A stretch of 64,000 nt of DNA from positions 64,001 through 128,000 of the forward strand of contig CAVYLP010000002.1 of NCBI GenBank assembly GCA_963769425.1. Direction: 5' to 3'. The notes below the pieces were generated by a model. It ran no database searches. It was not told where the DNA came from and saw only the letters and a program-made list of their open reading frames with translations. The translations under genes were made by a program, and so were the position numbers. Shown here in pieces: positions 32,755-43,899 of this stretch (its first letter is position 1; each line of letters starts with the position of its first letter). The stretch comes from Candidatus Bathyarchaeota archaeon. GTDB lineage: Archaea > Thermoproteota > Bathyarchaeia > TCS64.

Positions 32755-33216
32755 TTATTTTAATTCGTAAGATTTGTAGGGCTCTGAAACCGCTTTTAGG
32801 TCTTCATAACTCAGCAACTTTGCAGAGTCGGGAAATATATTTATGATGGCTCTGTTCTCAGCTTTTTCCCCAGCAGGGAACCAAAAATAGTCGCTCATAT
32901 CGGGATGAAGATACAAGTACCAGAAATACCACTTCTCCTCTACTTCGTTCTTATCCCCAAACTTTGCGTGACCCTCTAATTCAAAATATTTTCCGCTATC
33001 TTTAAAGTGGGGAAAGAAAACACGAACCCGCGGATTATTCTCTATGTCACGTACTTTCCTTGTGTTTCTATAGGTAGGAAACCACATCATTGAACTCGGA
33101 TTAGTATTCACATTCGTCATTGGACGACTATGCCTTTCATCATCAGGGCCAAATGTAACCAGAAAAACTATCTTTGAAGCTTTAAAGCTCTCCTCTAGTC
33201 CCTCTATTCCTTCCAT
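32755..33216 (-). CDS. Pyridoxamine 5'-phosphate oxidase-like FMN-binding protein
   Basis: FLVT...HSRPM...RKVRDIENNPRV. Confidence 0.85.
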   Translation of the reverse strand: MEGIEGLEESFKASKIVFLVTFGPDDERHSRPMTNVNTNPSSMMWFPTYRNTRKVRDIENNPRVRVFFPHFKDSGKYFELEGHAKFGDKNEVEEKWYFWYLYLHPDMSDYFWFPAGEKAENRAIINIFPDSAKLLSYEDLKAVSEPYKSYELK

Positions 33217-33510
33217 ATTGACAATCCTTTATTATGGAGCTTTTGCAATCTTATATAACCTCATGTTTTTGTTAAAATAAGTTTGTAGAGCATGATCTTG
33301 GAAAAGTCCTTAATAATGCACGCGTGATCAAGGCACCTGCATCGACGTTCAAGTCTCGTCCCTTGATGTTGTGCACGCGCGTATACATAATTATCAATAA
33401 TCCATCATTATTGTCTTATGAGTGAATGTAAAAAAAAATAAAAGAGAATAATGGAAGAATAATTATACATTCGCGCGCATTTTGAATAATTAAAATAAGA
33501 AGGTTTATTA

Positions 33511-33939
33511 TTACTTTACAACAAGCACATTACAATTAGACTCGTTAAGTACTTTAGAAGTAACGGAGCCTAATAACCTCTGTTTCAACTTACCTTCACT
33601 CGCAGCGCCGATAACAATTAGATCACATTTTCTTTTTGTCGCCTGTTCAACAATGGAAAATGCCACGTCAGAACTTCGTTCTGAGATTATTGTGAGTTTG
33701 ATCTTGTTTCCAAACTTACTGGTTATACTAGGGGACAGGGATTTCATCAGAAGATCTTCGTCTCTTGGATCCTTATGGCCTATCACTAGATTGACATCTG
33801 CTGATTCGCCCCAATAAACGTGGAGCACTATCAATTCAGAAGAATATTTTATTGCAACAGACGCAGCTTCGTTTAATGCCTTTTGGGACTGGTCAGAGCC
33901 ATCGAAAGCCACTAATATTTTTGAATAATCCATCCTCAA
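33511..33939 (-). CDS. Universal stress protein
   Basis: ILVAFDGS, DLIVIG, LLGSVT. Confidence 0.92.
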   Translation of the reverse strand: MRMDYSKILVAFDGSDQSQKALNEAASVAIKYSSELIVLHVYWGESADVNLVIGHKDPRDEDLLMKSLSPSITSKFGNKIKLTIISERSSDVAFSIVEQATKRKCDLIVIGAASEGKLKQRLLGSVTSKVLNESNCNVLVVK

Positions 33940-34315
33940 CCATCTTCTCCACTCATTTTCTTTTCAAGGTGATTATTTGGTCTTTTTATTATTAAATAAG
34001 ATCGATACTCGTGAGGTAGTTTCTCCTAGTTTTCTATTTTGGTTCCGATGATACTCGGCGGTTTGGGAACCATATTTCAAGGTAGGAATCTTGTTTTAAA
34101 TAAGTTATAGGCTTACTGTGTTCAACCCCGTTTTCATCGAATATGCATAAATACTATTTTGCATCTTCTAAATATTTCTTCCAACCCATCATTTTTGTGC
34201 ATTTTGTCCCTAGTTACCAAGTTGAAAAACGAATTTAAAATACGCCCGTTTGAACTAGATTTTAAATTTCAAATTTAATATATTTAAAAAAAGAGGGCAA
34301 AAGGGAATCCGTTTC

Positions 34316-35155
34316 TTAAGCACCTGGATTACTGTTCAAACCAAGTGTTCCTTGCGCAGCTTTAATTGCCGGTTCATCCCCCCCCTTTCCCCTCAATATA
34401 TATGCGAAAAACACAGCTAACAACCCCCCAACTAAAGGACCAATTAGATATACCCAATAATGACTGAAATCTAATAGTATTAAGTCCGGTCCAAAGGACC
34501 TTGCAGGATTCATCGAAGCACCACTTATGGGAGAAGCCCATAAGCCTGCCAGAGCAATATAGCTACCAACGGCTATTGCGGAGAGAGGTCCGACGTTTTG
34601 TGCCTTTGAGGCTGTGCCAAGAATCGTGCTTACTAAACCAAGTGTAAGAACAAGTTCGATAACCATAGCTTGAATATCATTGATTCCGATACCCGGTGAA
34701 GTAATGCCTAATGTGCCAACGTTTCCAAATAGCTCTCTTAAAAATATGCAGGCACTAATTGAGCCTATTAATTGGGCAATAATATAACCGGGAACCCTGC
34801 GCCAAGGAAAATCACCGCGGGCTGCAAAAGAAATACTAACAGCCGGATTTAAATGGGCTCCTGAAACATTTCCCATAAAGAGGATGATTACCATCACCAT
34901 TAACCCGGGTGCAACAACTAACGCGAGTGAACTTATAGCTCCTTGAGTTACGTCATTGACAACGTTTGCTCCAACCCCTACTAAAACTAGAAAAAAGGTC
35001 CCAAATAACTCGGAGAAGAGTCTCCTCCATTCAAGGGTAGGATCGTCAAAGTTTTTTTTCCATGGTGCCTCAAATTCCGCGATCACCTCTAACCATTCCT
35101 TCCTTAGGTCTTTCCTACGTTTGCGTTCGGGTTCTGACTCCTCTGTATTCGTCAT
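34316..35155 (-). CDS. Aquaporin (MIP family)
   Basis: SGAHLNPA and GASMNPARS. Confidence 0.95.
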   Translation of the reverse strand: MTNTEESEPERKRRKDLRKEWLEVIAEFEAPWKKNFDDPTLEWRRLFSELFGTFFLVLVGVGANVVNDVTQGAISSLALVVAPGLMVMVIILFMGNVSGAHLNPAVSISFAARGDFPWRRVPGYIIAQLIGSISACIFLRELFGNVGTLGITSPGIGINDIQAMVIELVLTLGLVSTILGTASKAQNVGPLSAIAVGSYIALAGLWASPISGASMNPARSFGPDLILLDFSHYWVYLIGPLVGGLLAVFFAYILRGKGGDEPAIKAAQGTLGLNSNPGA

Positions 35156-35201
35156 ATCTTCTTACTTCCCAAACTGCTTTCATAAATATCCTAAAAGATA
35201 A

Positions 35202-35651
35202 TTAATTTAGTATAGTGACGTCGAATAATTGGTTGATTTCCATTTTTTCCAAGCTTGATGTAAGTGTAGCTATTTCAATGGTGTTACCTTTTCCAAGTAT
35301 TGATTTGATTGTTTCAAACACGTCTGCTTTTAATTTAATTTCCAATTGGGTAGTATCTTTAGTAAAAATTCCTGTAGCTCCCACTCCGGGTTCAACATCT
35401 ATATTATGTTTTCCCATGGTACATCCAGTTGATATTTGAATCCCATCTATAATACATGAGTCTGGAGGAGCCCATCTCAGATTCAATTTAGTACTAATAT
35501 CGAACCAACCCTTTGCGTGAAGCGTTTCCACGGCAAATATTCCCATTCTGATTCCAACAGCTAAGAATGGGCCGCCATGCCCATGGAAATCGACTCCCTG
35601 CCGATACAAATCTGCATAAGTATTGATTTTCGTCTCTTGAAGCTGCAGCAA
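35202..35651 (-). CDS. FmdE-family metal-binding protein
   Basis: FHGH.GP...G.RMG, SCIIDGIQISTGCTMG. Confidence 0.88.
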   Translation of the reverse strand: MLQLQETKINTYADLYRQGVDFHGHGGPFLAVGIRMGIFAVETLHAKGWFDISTKLNLRWAPPDSCIIDGIQISTGCTMGKHNIDVEPGVGATGIFTKDTTQLEIKLKADVFETIKSILGKGNTIEIATLTSSLEKMEINQLFDVTILN

Positions 35652-35653
35652 GT

Positions 35654-36871
35654 TTACACTTCCTCACCCAATTCCTCCAAGTCTAGACCCTCCTTTTCAG
35701 CCTCTGAACTCACTCGGATTGGCAGGAAAATATTAATGACCTTTAAAAGTAAAAAGGTACCAACAAATGCATATGCAGAAACAATTAATACACCAAAAAT
35801 TTGAGAAATAAATAAAGAGGTCTGACCATAAACTAATCCATTGGCGCCATCAGCATTCACAGCAAGGGTGGCAAATATTCCAGTTGCCAGGGCACCCCAC
35901 ATTCCACCCACTCCATGACATGCAAAGACATCTAAGGAATCATCGATTTTTGTTCTACTCGCACGCCAACTTGATACTAGGTTTGATAAAACACCAGCAA
36001 CTAGGCCGATCACTATAGACGCCCAAGGCATCACATACCCTGAACCAGGAGTTATGGCGACCAAACCACACACTCCACCAACAGCCATCCCAACAGCGGA
36101 AGGCTTACCCTTACTTATCCAATCAACTACCATCCAGCTCACTGCAGCAGCAGCAGCGGCAAGATTTGTGTTGACCATAGCGTATACAGCTAAACCATTC
36201 GCTGCCAGTGAGCTGCCAGCATTGAAACCAAACCAACCGAACCATAGAATTGCTGAGCCGAGAATCACATATGGAATATTACTTGGCTTGAAATCCTTCT
36301 TCTCCTCAAGATCTTGCCTTCGCCCAATAACAATCGCAGCTGCAAGTGCAGATACACCAGCAGCGACGTGGACCACAAGCCCACCAGCAAAATCTAAGGC
36401 GCCAAGAGCCTTGAGCCAACCCGCATCATTCCAAACCCAATGTGCGATTGGCGAGTAAATCAAAGTCGACCATAAGACGATAAATACTATGAGGGATCGG
36501 AATCTGATTCTTTCGACAAATGCCCCAATAATAAGGGCGGGGGTTATGGCTGCAAATTTTAACTGGAATGCAAAGTGTAAAAGTTCAGGTATAGTAGGTC
36601 CATAAAGAGGACTAGGATCAACTCCAATGTTGTTCAGTAAAGCGTTTGATAAATTGCCTATAAATCCGCTAATGCTTGGCCCAAAGACTAAACTATACCC
36701 CCATAGAGCCCAAGTTAAACTGACAAATGCAAAAATGATCATGCATTGAATTACTGTGGATATTATGTTCTTCTTCCTCACCAACCCGCCATAAAAGAAA
36801 CCGAGGCCGGGCGTCATGAACATAACAAGTGCCGTCGCCGTCAAGACCCATGCTACATCTGCCTCATTCAT
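35654..36871 (-). CDS. amt: Ammonium transporter
   Basis: PGLGFFYGG, DFAGG.VVH, WFGWFGFNAGS, DDSLDVFACHG. Confidence 0.96.
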   Translation of the reverse strand: MNEADVAWVLTATALVMFMTPGLGFFYGGLVRKKNIISTVIQCMIIFAFVSLTWALWGYSLVFGPSISGFIGNLSNALLNNIGVDPSPLYGPTIPELLHFAFQLKFAAITPALIIGAFVERIRFRSLIVFIVLWSTLIYSPIAHWVWNDAGWLKALGALDFAGGLVVHVAAGVSALAAAIVIGRRQDLEEKKDFKPSNIPYVILGSAILWFGWFGFNAGSSLAANGLAVYAMVNTNLAAAAAAVSWMVVDWISKGKPSAVGMAVGGVCGLVAITPGSGYVMPWASIVIGLVAGVLSNLVSSWRASRTKIDDSLDVFACHGVGGMWGALATGIFATLAVNADGANGLVYGQTSLFISQIFGVLIVSAYAFVGTFLLLKVINIFLPIRVSSEAEKEGLDLEELGEEV

Positions 36872-36953
36872 TTCATCAAACCACCGTTGCACTTCTTGCC
36901 GCTAATTCCGCGTGCACACATCTATTTGACCTCATTTTTCCCCAAAATATAAA

Positions 36954-37886
36954 TTAGTACTTTCTTACACCACTAAACTTGGCGCCAATTAATATCATTC
37001 TAGTATCATCAACTATGTTATTGATCGTTTTTCTGAGGTCCTCCGAATAATTCCCAAGTAATCTAACTAATACACCATCTCCTTTAGGAAGTAGTGTAGC
37101 TCCTCCAACAACATTTGATTTTTCCTTCAATCTCATATTCAATTTATCGAGAACCTCTTTTGCTTTAATCTTAGAAGTAATAATATAGACACTGGCAAAA
37201 ACACTATTATCATCTAATAATCCAAGATGATTTAATTCATTCTTCTTAGGTTCCAATAAATAGACATCATTAAACCTCAAGTTCCCGTTTTGGTCTCTTG
37301 CCTGTGTTTTCAAATAGCAAATATCGTATTCGAAGCTCTCACCGCTAGCGACCCTACCAGGAACAATGATCTCGGAGTAAACAAGATTACCCCCTTCTCG
37401 TACAGTTATATCAGATAGTTGATAAAAACGAGAGTTTCTATAAGGGATAATTTGATCGGGAATATACTCAAGATAGCAACCATTATCGACATTTATCTTA
37501 ACAATCTGAGTCGCATAGTTCTTATCCATTTTATAAATTCGGGTGGCTCCCTGTGTGGTAATGTGAACCTTTGCTTCCTTACTTAAATTGAGTTCAATTT
37601 TGTATCTATCGCCTTGAAGCATACCCCCCGAAGGGCTCATTATGTATACATATGCCATCTCAGGCAATGTCTCTTCGAGGTATAACGCCTTCATGGAGAA
37701 CAATGGCACCTTGCTGAACTGTTCTCTGATCACGGTTCTGCTAGTCAATTGTTCTTTCTCAAAATTCAGAGTTAAAGCGCCAAGTTTTCCTGATCTACCT
37801 GGCTTGAGCTGAACTAACTCAGCCTCATAGGATAATATCTCAGGCGGAATTTCTGAAGGTGTATAATCTTCAAGGCTCAAGCTCAT
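36954..37886 (-). CDS. ureD: Urease accessory protein UreD
   Basis: SGGMLQGD, TTQGATRIY, PGRVASGE; position in ure operon. Confidence 0.92.
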   Translation of the reverse strand: MSLSLEDYTPSEIPPEILSYEAELVQLKPGRSGKLGALTLNFEKEQLTSRTVIREQFSKVPLFSMKALYLEETLPEMAYVYIMSPSGGMLQGDRYKIELNLSKEAKVHITTQGATRIYKMDKNYATQIVKINVDNGCYLEYIPDQIIPYRNSRFYQLSDITVREGGNLVYSEIIVPGRVASGESFEYDICYLKTQARDQNGNLRFNDVYLLEPKKNELNHLGLLDDNSVFASVYIITSKIKAKEVLDKLNMRLKEKSNVVGGATLLPKGDGVLVRLLGNYSEDLRKTINNIVDDTRMILIGAKFSGVRKY

Positions 37887-38555
37887 TCAACCTCTAACAA
37901 GTGGCACCTTTGGTGGGACGTCAAACAGAACATCGTGCTGCAGATGATCTGCAACTTCTTGTATCCCTTGTCCAGTCTTACAGTTCACAAAGAGGAAGGG
38001 CTTAGTGCCTCTAATGATCTTGGCATCTCGCTCCATGACGGAGAGATCAGCGCCAACGTATGGTGCCAAATCAATTTTATTTATGAGCAGCAAATCACAG
38101 TTCTCAATTCCCATCCCCCTCTTCCGTGGATACTTGTCACCGCCAGCTACATCTATGATGTAGATGAAGTAATCTGCCAAAGCTGGACTAAAAGTAGTGG
38201 TGATGTTGTCTCCGCCACTCTCAATTAATATCAAATCCAGTTCCGGGTGATGCTCCTCCATCTCCTCAACTAGGGAGAGATTCATTGAAGGGTCCTCACG
38301 GATAGCTGTATGAGGACAACCGCCAACAGCCAGACCGATTATGAGGTCATCGGGTATAATGTTTCGCTCCTTGAAGAGATTCTTTCGGATCCTCTCAGCA
38401 TCTTCCTTCGAGACCACATCGTTGGAGATTATTCCCAACTGGTAGCCTTTTCTCGTCAGGAATGGGACCACCTGTTCGATCAGAGCCGTTTTACCGGAGC
38501 CGACAGGGCCTCCTATTCCGACCCTGGGTACATGTTTCAATTCAGACATTTTCAA
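37887..38555 (-). CDS. ureG: Urease accessory GTPase UreG
   Basis: GGPVGSGKT, GCPHTAIRED, ESGGDN, NKIDLA. Confidence 0.96.
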   Translation of the reverse strand: MKMSELKHVPRVGIGGPVGSGKTALIEQVVPFLTRKGYQLGIISNDVVSKEDAERIRKNLFKERNIIPDDLIIGLAVGGCPHTAIREDPSMNLSLVEEMEEHHPELDLILIESGGDNITTTFSPALADYFIYIIDVAGGDKYPRKRGMGIENCDLLLINKIDLAPYVGADLSVMERDAKIIRGTKPFLFVNCKTGQGIQEVADHLQHDVLFDVPPKVPLVRG

Positions 38556-38564
38556 ATTCCTTTC

Positions 38565-39266
38565 CTAAGTGATGAACATCCTATTGTTTGATGTCTCATG
38601 CCATATTTGGTTGAGATCAATCTCTGGGGCGAATTGCCTCATCCAGGTTGCAGGCCGGTCAATGTTGTCAGCTATAACCTTCAACATGACTGGCTTGAGT
38701 TCGTCAATAATTTTCTGACCAGCTACGTGGTCAATCATACCCAGCCTAAGAGCCGCCCCTACGACGCTAACAATAAACGAGTAAACGAGAATTAGTGCCG
38801 CTTTTTCTCGGGATACATCAAACGCCACCAAGATAACAGCTAATGAAACTGGGTATATCCCTGTGGCTGATCCAGTTTTTATTGCCTTTAAATAATCGTT
38901 AATTAGAGAATTATCTCTAAATCCATGAATACATTTTAACATCTGACCCCCTGACCGAATAGAAGCGTCTCTGACCTCCGCAACTAGTTTCATAGTAGAT
39001 AACTGATCATCGATCAATAGTAACGAGTTGAGGTCACCCTCCTTTGCAGCGTGATAAGCATTACCAAGCGCGACGCAGTCAGCGGGTCCGATTTGATTAA
39101 TTAGGTAGACCTCGAGTAGAGCCTTCAGCTCCTTCCCTGTTTTTACTTTACCTGCGTAGAAAAAGTTCTCGAGGCCACTTGAAGTAGAATACATGCCGGT
39201 GGGGAAGAAGGAATCCCCTAACTGTAGAAACGTAATATCGCTTTCATCCAATTTAGGTATGGACAT
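38565..39266 (-). CDS. ureF: Urease accessory protein UreF
   Basis: DSFFPTG..S.GLE, C-terminal HE....RMF. Confidence 0.93.
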   Translation of the reverse strand: MSIPKLDESDITFLQLGDSFFPTGMYSTSSGLENFFYAGKVKTGKELKALLEVYLINQIGPADCVALGNAYHAAKEGDLNSLLLIDDQLSTMKLVAEVRDASIRSGGQMLKCIHGFRDNSLINDYLKAIKTGSATGIYPVSLAVILVAFDVSREKAALILVYSFIVSVVGAALRLGMIDHVAGQKIIDELKPVMLKVIADNIDRPATWMRQFAPEIDLNQIWHETSNNRMFIT

Positions 39267-39771
39267 GATTTGCTACTCCTTCATCGGGCTCAAAGACCAT
39301 CTTAGTTTTGGAAATTGTCAGGTGATGGCTTACCTTACCAAGTAATTTTTCGAGAAGTTCTAGCTCAGTATCTGCTTGGATTGGTACATAGATATTATCA
39401 CCCTCAACTTTGATGGGCCTGTGAAGGTTACCTAAGGCATGACCTAATCTAACCGATGTCTCGAAAAAGTGATGACCTTTCGCCTCGTCCTCGACTTTAA
39501 TAACCGCCACAGATTCGGGCTCGATTTCGATCTCAAATAGCTTGCCATCTTCCGCCTCAAGAACGTCTCCCCGCTTCAAGGGCTTCTCAAATTCTAACTT
39601 GATGGCAACCTCTTTTCCTTGTTCGGTGGTTTTCATCATTCGGGATCTCTGAGCCTCAAATCTACTCATAACCACAGTATCTAAAATGCCGGCATCTTTT
39701 AACTCAGAGCATTTAGTTTTTAGGTTTTGATCTGTGTATTTGTTTCCAACATATTTATTTATATTTATCAT
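39253..39771 (-). CDS. ureE: Urease nickel chaperone UreE
   Basis: L..GDVL, GHALGNLH; position in operon. Confidence 0.88.
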   Translation of the reverse strand: MININKYVGNKYTDQNLKTKCSELKDAGILDTVVMSRFEAQRSRMMKTTEQGKEVAIKLEFEKPLKRGDVLEAEDGKLFEIEIEPESVAVIKVEDEAKGHHFFETSVRLGHALGNLHRPIKVEGDNIYVPIQADTELELLEKLLGKVSHHLTISKTKMVFEPDEGVANHVHT

Positions 39772-40097
39772 CAGTGATCATCACTCTCTTTTTCTTTATG
39801 CATGTTATCAATAGCTGATTTCATATCTTCCAGCCTCTGCATGTAATCTACTTTTCCCAAGTGACTATAAGATGATTGTTTTACTTTAGCCATTACAAGC
39901 CCTTGAGGATCCTGGAGAATCCTTCCCCCGCTCTCCAACTTTTCAGAGATAACACAAAGAGTCACACGATGATCGGGGAAATCGAGGTTCAAGTGAGTTT
40001 TAGGATCTATGAAACCGGAGATGGTATCTATGAAACCAGCAGTGATAGTCACATGTTTGATTTTTGTCGCGTCAATGACCTGTCGACGTTGATCCAA
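39771..40097 (-). CDS. Hypothetical protein within urease operon
   Basis: 108-aa ORF translationally coupled to ureE. Confidence 0.7.
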   Translation of the reverse strand: MDQRRQVIDATKIKHVTITAGFIDTISGFIDPKTHLNLDFPDHRVTLCVISEKLESGGRILQDPQGLVMAKVKQSSYSHLGKVDYMQRLEDMKSAIDNMHKEKESDDH

Positions 40098-40135
40098 GTT
40101 CTCTTCTTCGACACAGTGTCGTATTAACAGGTTTT

Positions 40136-41692
40136 CTACCTCCTTGTTTCGGACAATGACTGAATGTTGAGTTCTTCTGCTGCTAGATTACGATCTATTC
40201 TAAGGACTGCTTTAGTGATCTCACCCGCAGCTTCAAGTGCGGTGGTCTTGACAAGTAGTGGATCGATTATTCCTCGTTGCCACATATCAACTGGGACACC
40301 GGTTTCTATGTCGATCCCGTATCCCTCCGGAGATGATTTTGCCTCCATGACCTTCTCCAGCCCGTTAAATCCGGCGTTGGTGAGAATTTGACGCATTATA
40401 CTCTCTAATGCAGCCACGACAACGTCCAAACCTACGCTTTCGATCCCTCTTAGTTGAATATTCTTAACCTTAGAAATGAGGTGTAGTTCAGCTGCACCGC
40501 CACCGGCGACAACGCCCTTATTCAATGCCGCCTCGGCTGCATTCACGCCATCCCTGGCGGCTCTCCAGCGCTCCAGTGAGGTTTCCTTCGTTGTCCCGGA
40601 AACGATCATTGTAACAATGTTACTTCCTGAACCACTTTCTATGAAAATCAGCCCTTTTTCCTCGTCCTCGTAAATGTGTTCTGCCTTACCCAAAATATTA
40701 GGTAGGGCCAGATCATCCAACATCCTTACAGGCTTTGCCTCGGTGTATCTTGAAAGAGGCTCTACTTCATCCGTCGAAATATGCATCGCCATGATATTTT
40801 TTGATATGAGAAGATTTTCAATGTACTGATCTACCTCAGGAGAATCGATGAGCACGACATTGGCACCTGTAGCTGATATGCTATCAACAATATTTTTACA
40901 TTTAATAGCACGATCATTTTCCATGCTCATAATATCTCCATATTGTTTACTCTCCTTAATCCAAGCCTCTTTTATCGGTTTTAAGTCGAGTTTTGAAATT
41001 AATATTTTTGCACCTTTTACTTCTAGTGGCATCTCTGGATCCATTCTTTTTCGCTCTAGAACAACACCGTTGAATAATGAGTCATTCATGTTGGTCTTTC
41101 TAATCACCATTATTGACTTGTTGAAATCGTACTCATTATTGATCTTAGCCCTATCTCCAACCAACCTTATTGTCTCAATAACAATTGGAGCCAGTTTTCC
41201 ACCGTCAAGTTTTGAAGCGAGTGATGTTCTTACGATGGATTCAAGTTCAGGTGAATCCATGGAGATCTTTTTTGCCTCGGCCTCTAAAAGTTGACAGACA
41301 CTCTTTACCCCACTTTCCACGCCATCCACAACTTTTGATGGGTGTACACCAAGCTCCTTGATGAGATTTTTCCCGACCTTCACCATCTCTGCAGCCATAA
41401 CCACAGCCGTTGTGGTTCCGTCTCCAACCAATTCCTCCTGGCGTTCAGCTATCTCGACAATCATTCTAGCGACAGGGTGAATGGTCTTTAATGACAGAAG
41501 AATGGTGACGCCGTCGTTAGTGACGTGCCGATTCATCGACTGATCAATTAGCAGTTTATCGAGGCCCTTAGGACCAAGAGTCGTCCTGACTGTTTCAGCA
41601 ACCGCTATAACGGCGTTACAATTTGATTCTAAAGCGTTAACCTCAATGTTCTGAGCTACAGGTCTCCATACACCTTGACTTGACATATCCAT
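40136..41692 (-). CDS. Divergent group II chaperonin (thermosome-like) subunit
   Basis: TTLGPKGLDK, TNDGVTIL, GDGTTT, GGGAAE, GIIDP. Confidence 0.92.
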   Translation of the reverse strand: MDMSSQGVWRPVAQNIEVNALESNCNAVIAVAETVRTTLGPKGLDKLLIDQSMNRHVTNDGVTILLSLKTIHPVARMIVEIAERQEELVGDGTTTAVVMAAEMVKVGKNLIKELGVHPSKVVDGVESGVKSVCQLLEAEAKKISMDSPELESIVRTSLASKLDGGKLAPIVIETIRLVGDRAKINNEYDFNKSIMVIRKTNMNDSLFNGVVLERKRMDPEMPLEVKGAKILISKLDLKPIKEAWIKESKQYGDIMSMENDRAIKCKNIVDSISATGANVVLIDSPEVDQYIENLLISKNIMAMHISTDEVEPLSRYTEAKPVRMLDDLALPNILGKAEHIYEDEEKGLIFIESGSGSNIVTMIVSGTTKETSLERWRAARDGVNAAEAALNKGVVAGGGAAELHLISKVKNIQLRGIESVGLDVVVAALESIMRQILTNAGFNGLEKVMEAKSSPEGYGIDIETGVPVDMWQRGIIDPLLVKTTALEAAGEITKAVLRIDRNLAAEELNIQSLSETRR

Positions 41693-41742
41693 CTCTCCAA
41701 GTGTTGTCTGTTCTTGTATTTTAAAAAATAAAATTGGGGAAA

Positions 41743-43469
41743 TTACGCCATGAAGTATCGCTGGGCCAATGCTAACTCGGTAGCCGGCTCGACGGTGGCT
41801 ATCTCTCCATCCAGCCTAACTTCATAGGTCTCGGGGTCAATGGTTATCTTAGGCGTCTTGTCGTTCCACATCATGTCCTTCTTGCTGATGTTTCTGCAGT
41901 TCTTTACGGGTAGCATAGTCTTCTCTAGTCCGAGCTTTTCCGGTACACCGAGATCGATTGCCGCCTTCGATGTGAATGTGAAGCTTGTCTTCTTCACCGC
42001 GCGGCCCATTGCACCGAACATCGGTCGATAGTACACCGGCTCCGGAGTGGGTATCGACGCATTGGGGTCACCCATAATGCCCCAGGAGATGAAGCCTCCC
42101 TTGAAAACCATCTTTGGCTTCACGGCGAAGAAGGCGTCCTGGTACATTACAATGTCCGCGTACTTGCCGGGTTCCAGTGAACCAAGGTAGTCCGCGACTC
42201 CGTTGGTAATTGCGGGGTTGATTGTGGTCTTTGCGATGTACCTCATGGCCCTGAAGTTGTCGTTGTCGCCAGTTTCCTCTGGGAGCGGTCCGGTCATCTT
42301 CTTCATCTTATCGGCCGTCTGCCAGCATCTGATCACGACCTCACCGATCCTGCCCATGGCTTGGCTGTCGGAGGAGTACATGCTCAAGACGCCCTTGTCA
42401 TGCAGGACATCCTCTGCTGCGATTGTCTCAGCCCTTATTCTAGACTCGGCGAAGGCAACGTCCTCAGGAACAGCTGGGTTGAGGTGGTGACAGAACATCA
42501 GCATGTCCAGGTGCTCGTCGATTGTATTCACTGTATATGGTCTTGTCGGGTTGGTTGAAGAGGGCAGAGCATTCATTTCTCCAGCGATCTTCATAATGTC
42601 TGGTGCGTGTCCGCCTCCAGCTCCTTCAGTGTGGTATGTGTGGATCGTTCTTCCATCTATCGCTGCGATTGAGTCATCAACGTAGCCACACTCATTGATC
42701 GAGTCTGTGTGGATCGACACCTGGGTATCGGTCAGATCAGCTGCCCTTAGAGAGGCGTCGATGATTGCTGGAGTCGTACCCCAGTCCTCGTGGTCCTTCA
42801 GGCCACAGGCACCTGCTTCGATCTGCTCCATCTGAGTCGCCAACGAAGGGTGCGAGTCGTTTCCCTTACCTAGGAAACCCCAGTTCAGCGGTATGTCCTC
42901 GCGGCCTCCATCATCCTAGCGATGTTAAATGGGCCAGGGGTACATGTTGTAGCGTTAGTACCATCCGCGGGACCAGTGCCACCTCCAATCATGTTACAGA
43001 TGCCGTTGCTGATTGCATCAACGTACTGCTGAGGACTGATCATGTGTACGTGGGTGTCAAAGTGACCAGGTGTGCATATGGTGTGCTCACCCGCGGTGAC
43101 CTCTGTGCAAGCCGAGACAACCATGTCAGGATCTACACCATCCATCGTATTCGGGTTGCCAGCCTTACCGATCCCCGCGATCTTACCATCCTTGATCCCA
43201 ATGTCGGCCTTGACAATCCCCAGTACGGGGTCAATTATCACCGCGTTAGTGATGAGGAAATCTAGAGCACCATTCGCACTCGTGATTCCGGGGGTTTGTC
43301 CCAAACCATCTCTAACCGTCTTGCCTCCACCGAAGACCTCTTCGTCTCCAGGTGTGAGATAGTCACGCTCGACCTGTACGAATAAATCCGTGTCGGCGAG
43401 GCGTATCTTATCGCCCTTTGTCGGTCCGTAGAGGTCGGTGTATTGCTTCCGGGATAATTTAAGTACCAT
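41743..43469 (-). CDS. ureC: Urease alpha subunit (1-nt frameshift near 42900)
   Basis: [41 protein letters not shown]; adding one G restores [17 protein letters not shown]. Confidence 0.95.
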
Positions 43470-43476
43470 TTTTCAT

Positions 43477-43887
43477 CTACGCTCCTTTAAACCCGAGTTT
43501 CTTCGCCTTCTCAATTGCGGCATCTTTGACCACTTTGGACTTGATGCTTCCCATCGTGAGGCTGTTGAACCCGAAAACCACCTTCTTTCCACCGAGTTCA
43601 CAGAGTTCGACTTCCTTTGTGTCTCCCGGCTCGAACCTCATGGACGTGCCTGCGGGAATGTTCAGATGGTAACCGAAAGCCTTCTCCCGTGGAAACTCCA
43701 TCGCACGGTTGACCTCAAAGAAGTGTGTGTGTGAACCTATCTGGATGGGTCTGTCACCAGTATTCTTGACAGTCATCTTCACTGTCCCTCTGTTCACGTT
43801 ACAGAGAACCGGCTCGTCTTTCAGCATATATTCACCTGGGACGAAGACTGCCTTCTTCACTTCTGTACTTTGCTTCGTTTGTGCCAT
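43477..43887 (-). CDS. ureB: Urease beta subunit
   Basis: NTGDRPIQIGSHTHFFEVN, RFEPG. Confidence 0.96.
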   Translation of the reverse strand: MAQTKQSTEVKKAVFVPGEYMLKDEPVLCNVNRGTVKMTVKNTGDRPIQIGSHTHFFEVNRAMEFPREKAFGYHLNIPAGTSMRFEPGDTKEVELCELGGKKVVFGFNSLTMGSIKSKVVKDAAIEKAKKLGFKGA

Positions 43888-43899
43888 TTTTCATTTCAC

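Noticed and set aside
42843-42910. Naturally split or programmed-frameshift ureC
   Set aside because: No slippery heptamer; one missing G restores the frame, and similar indels occur across the window.
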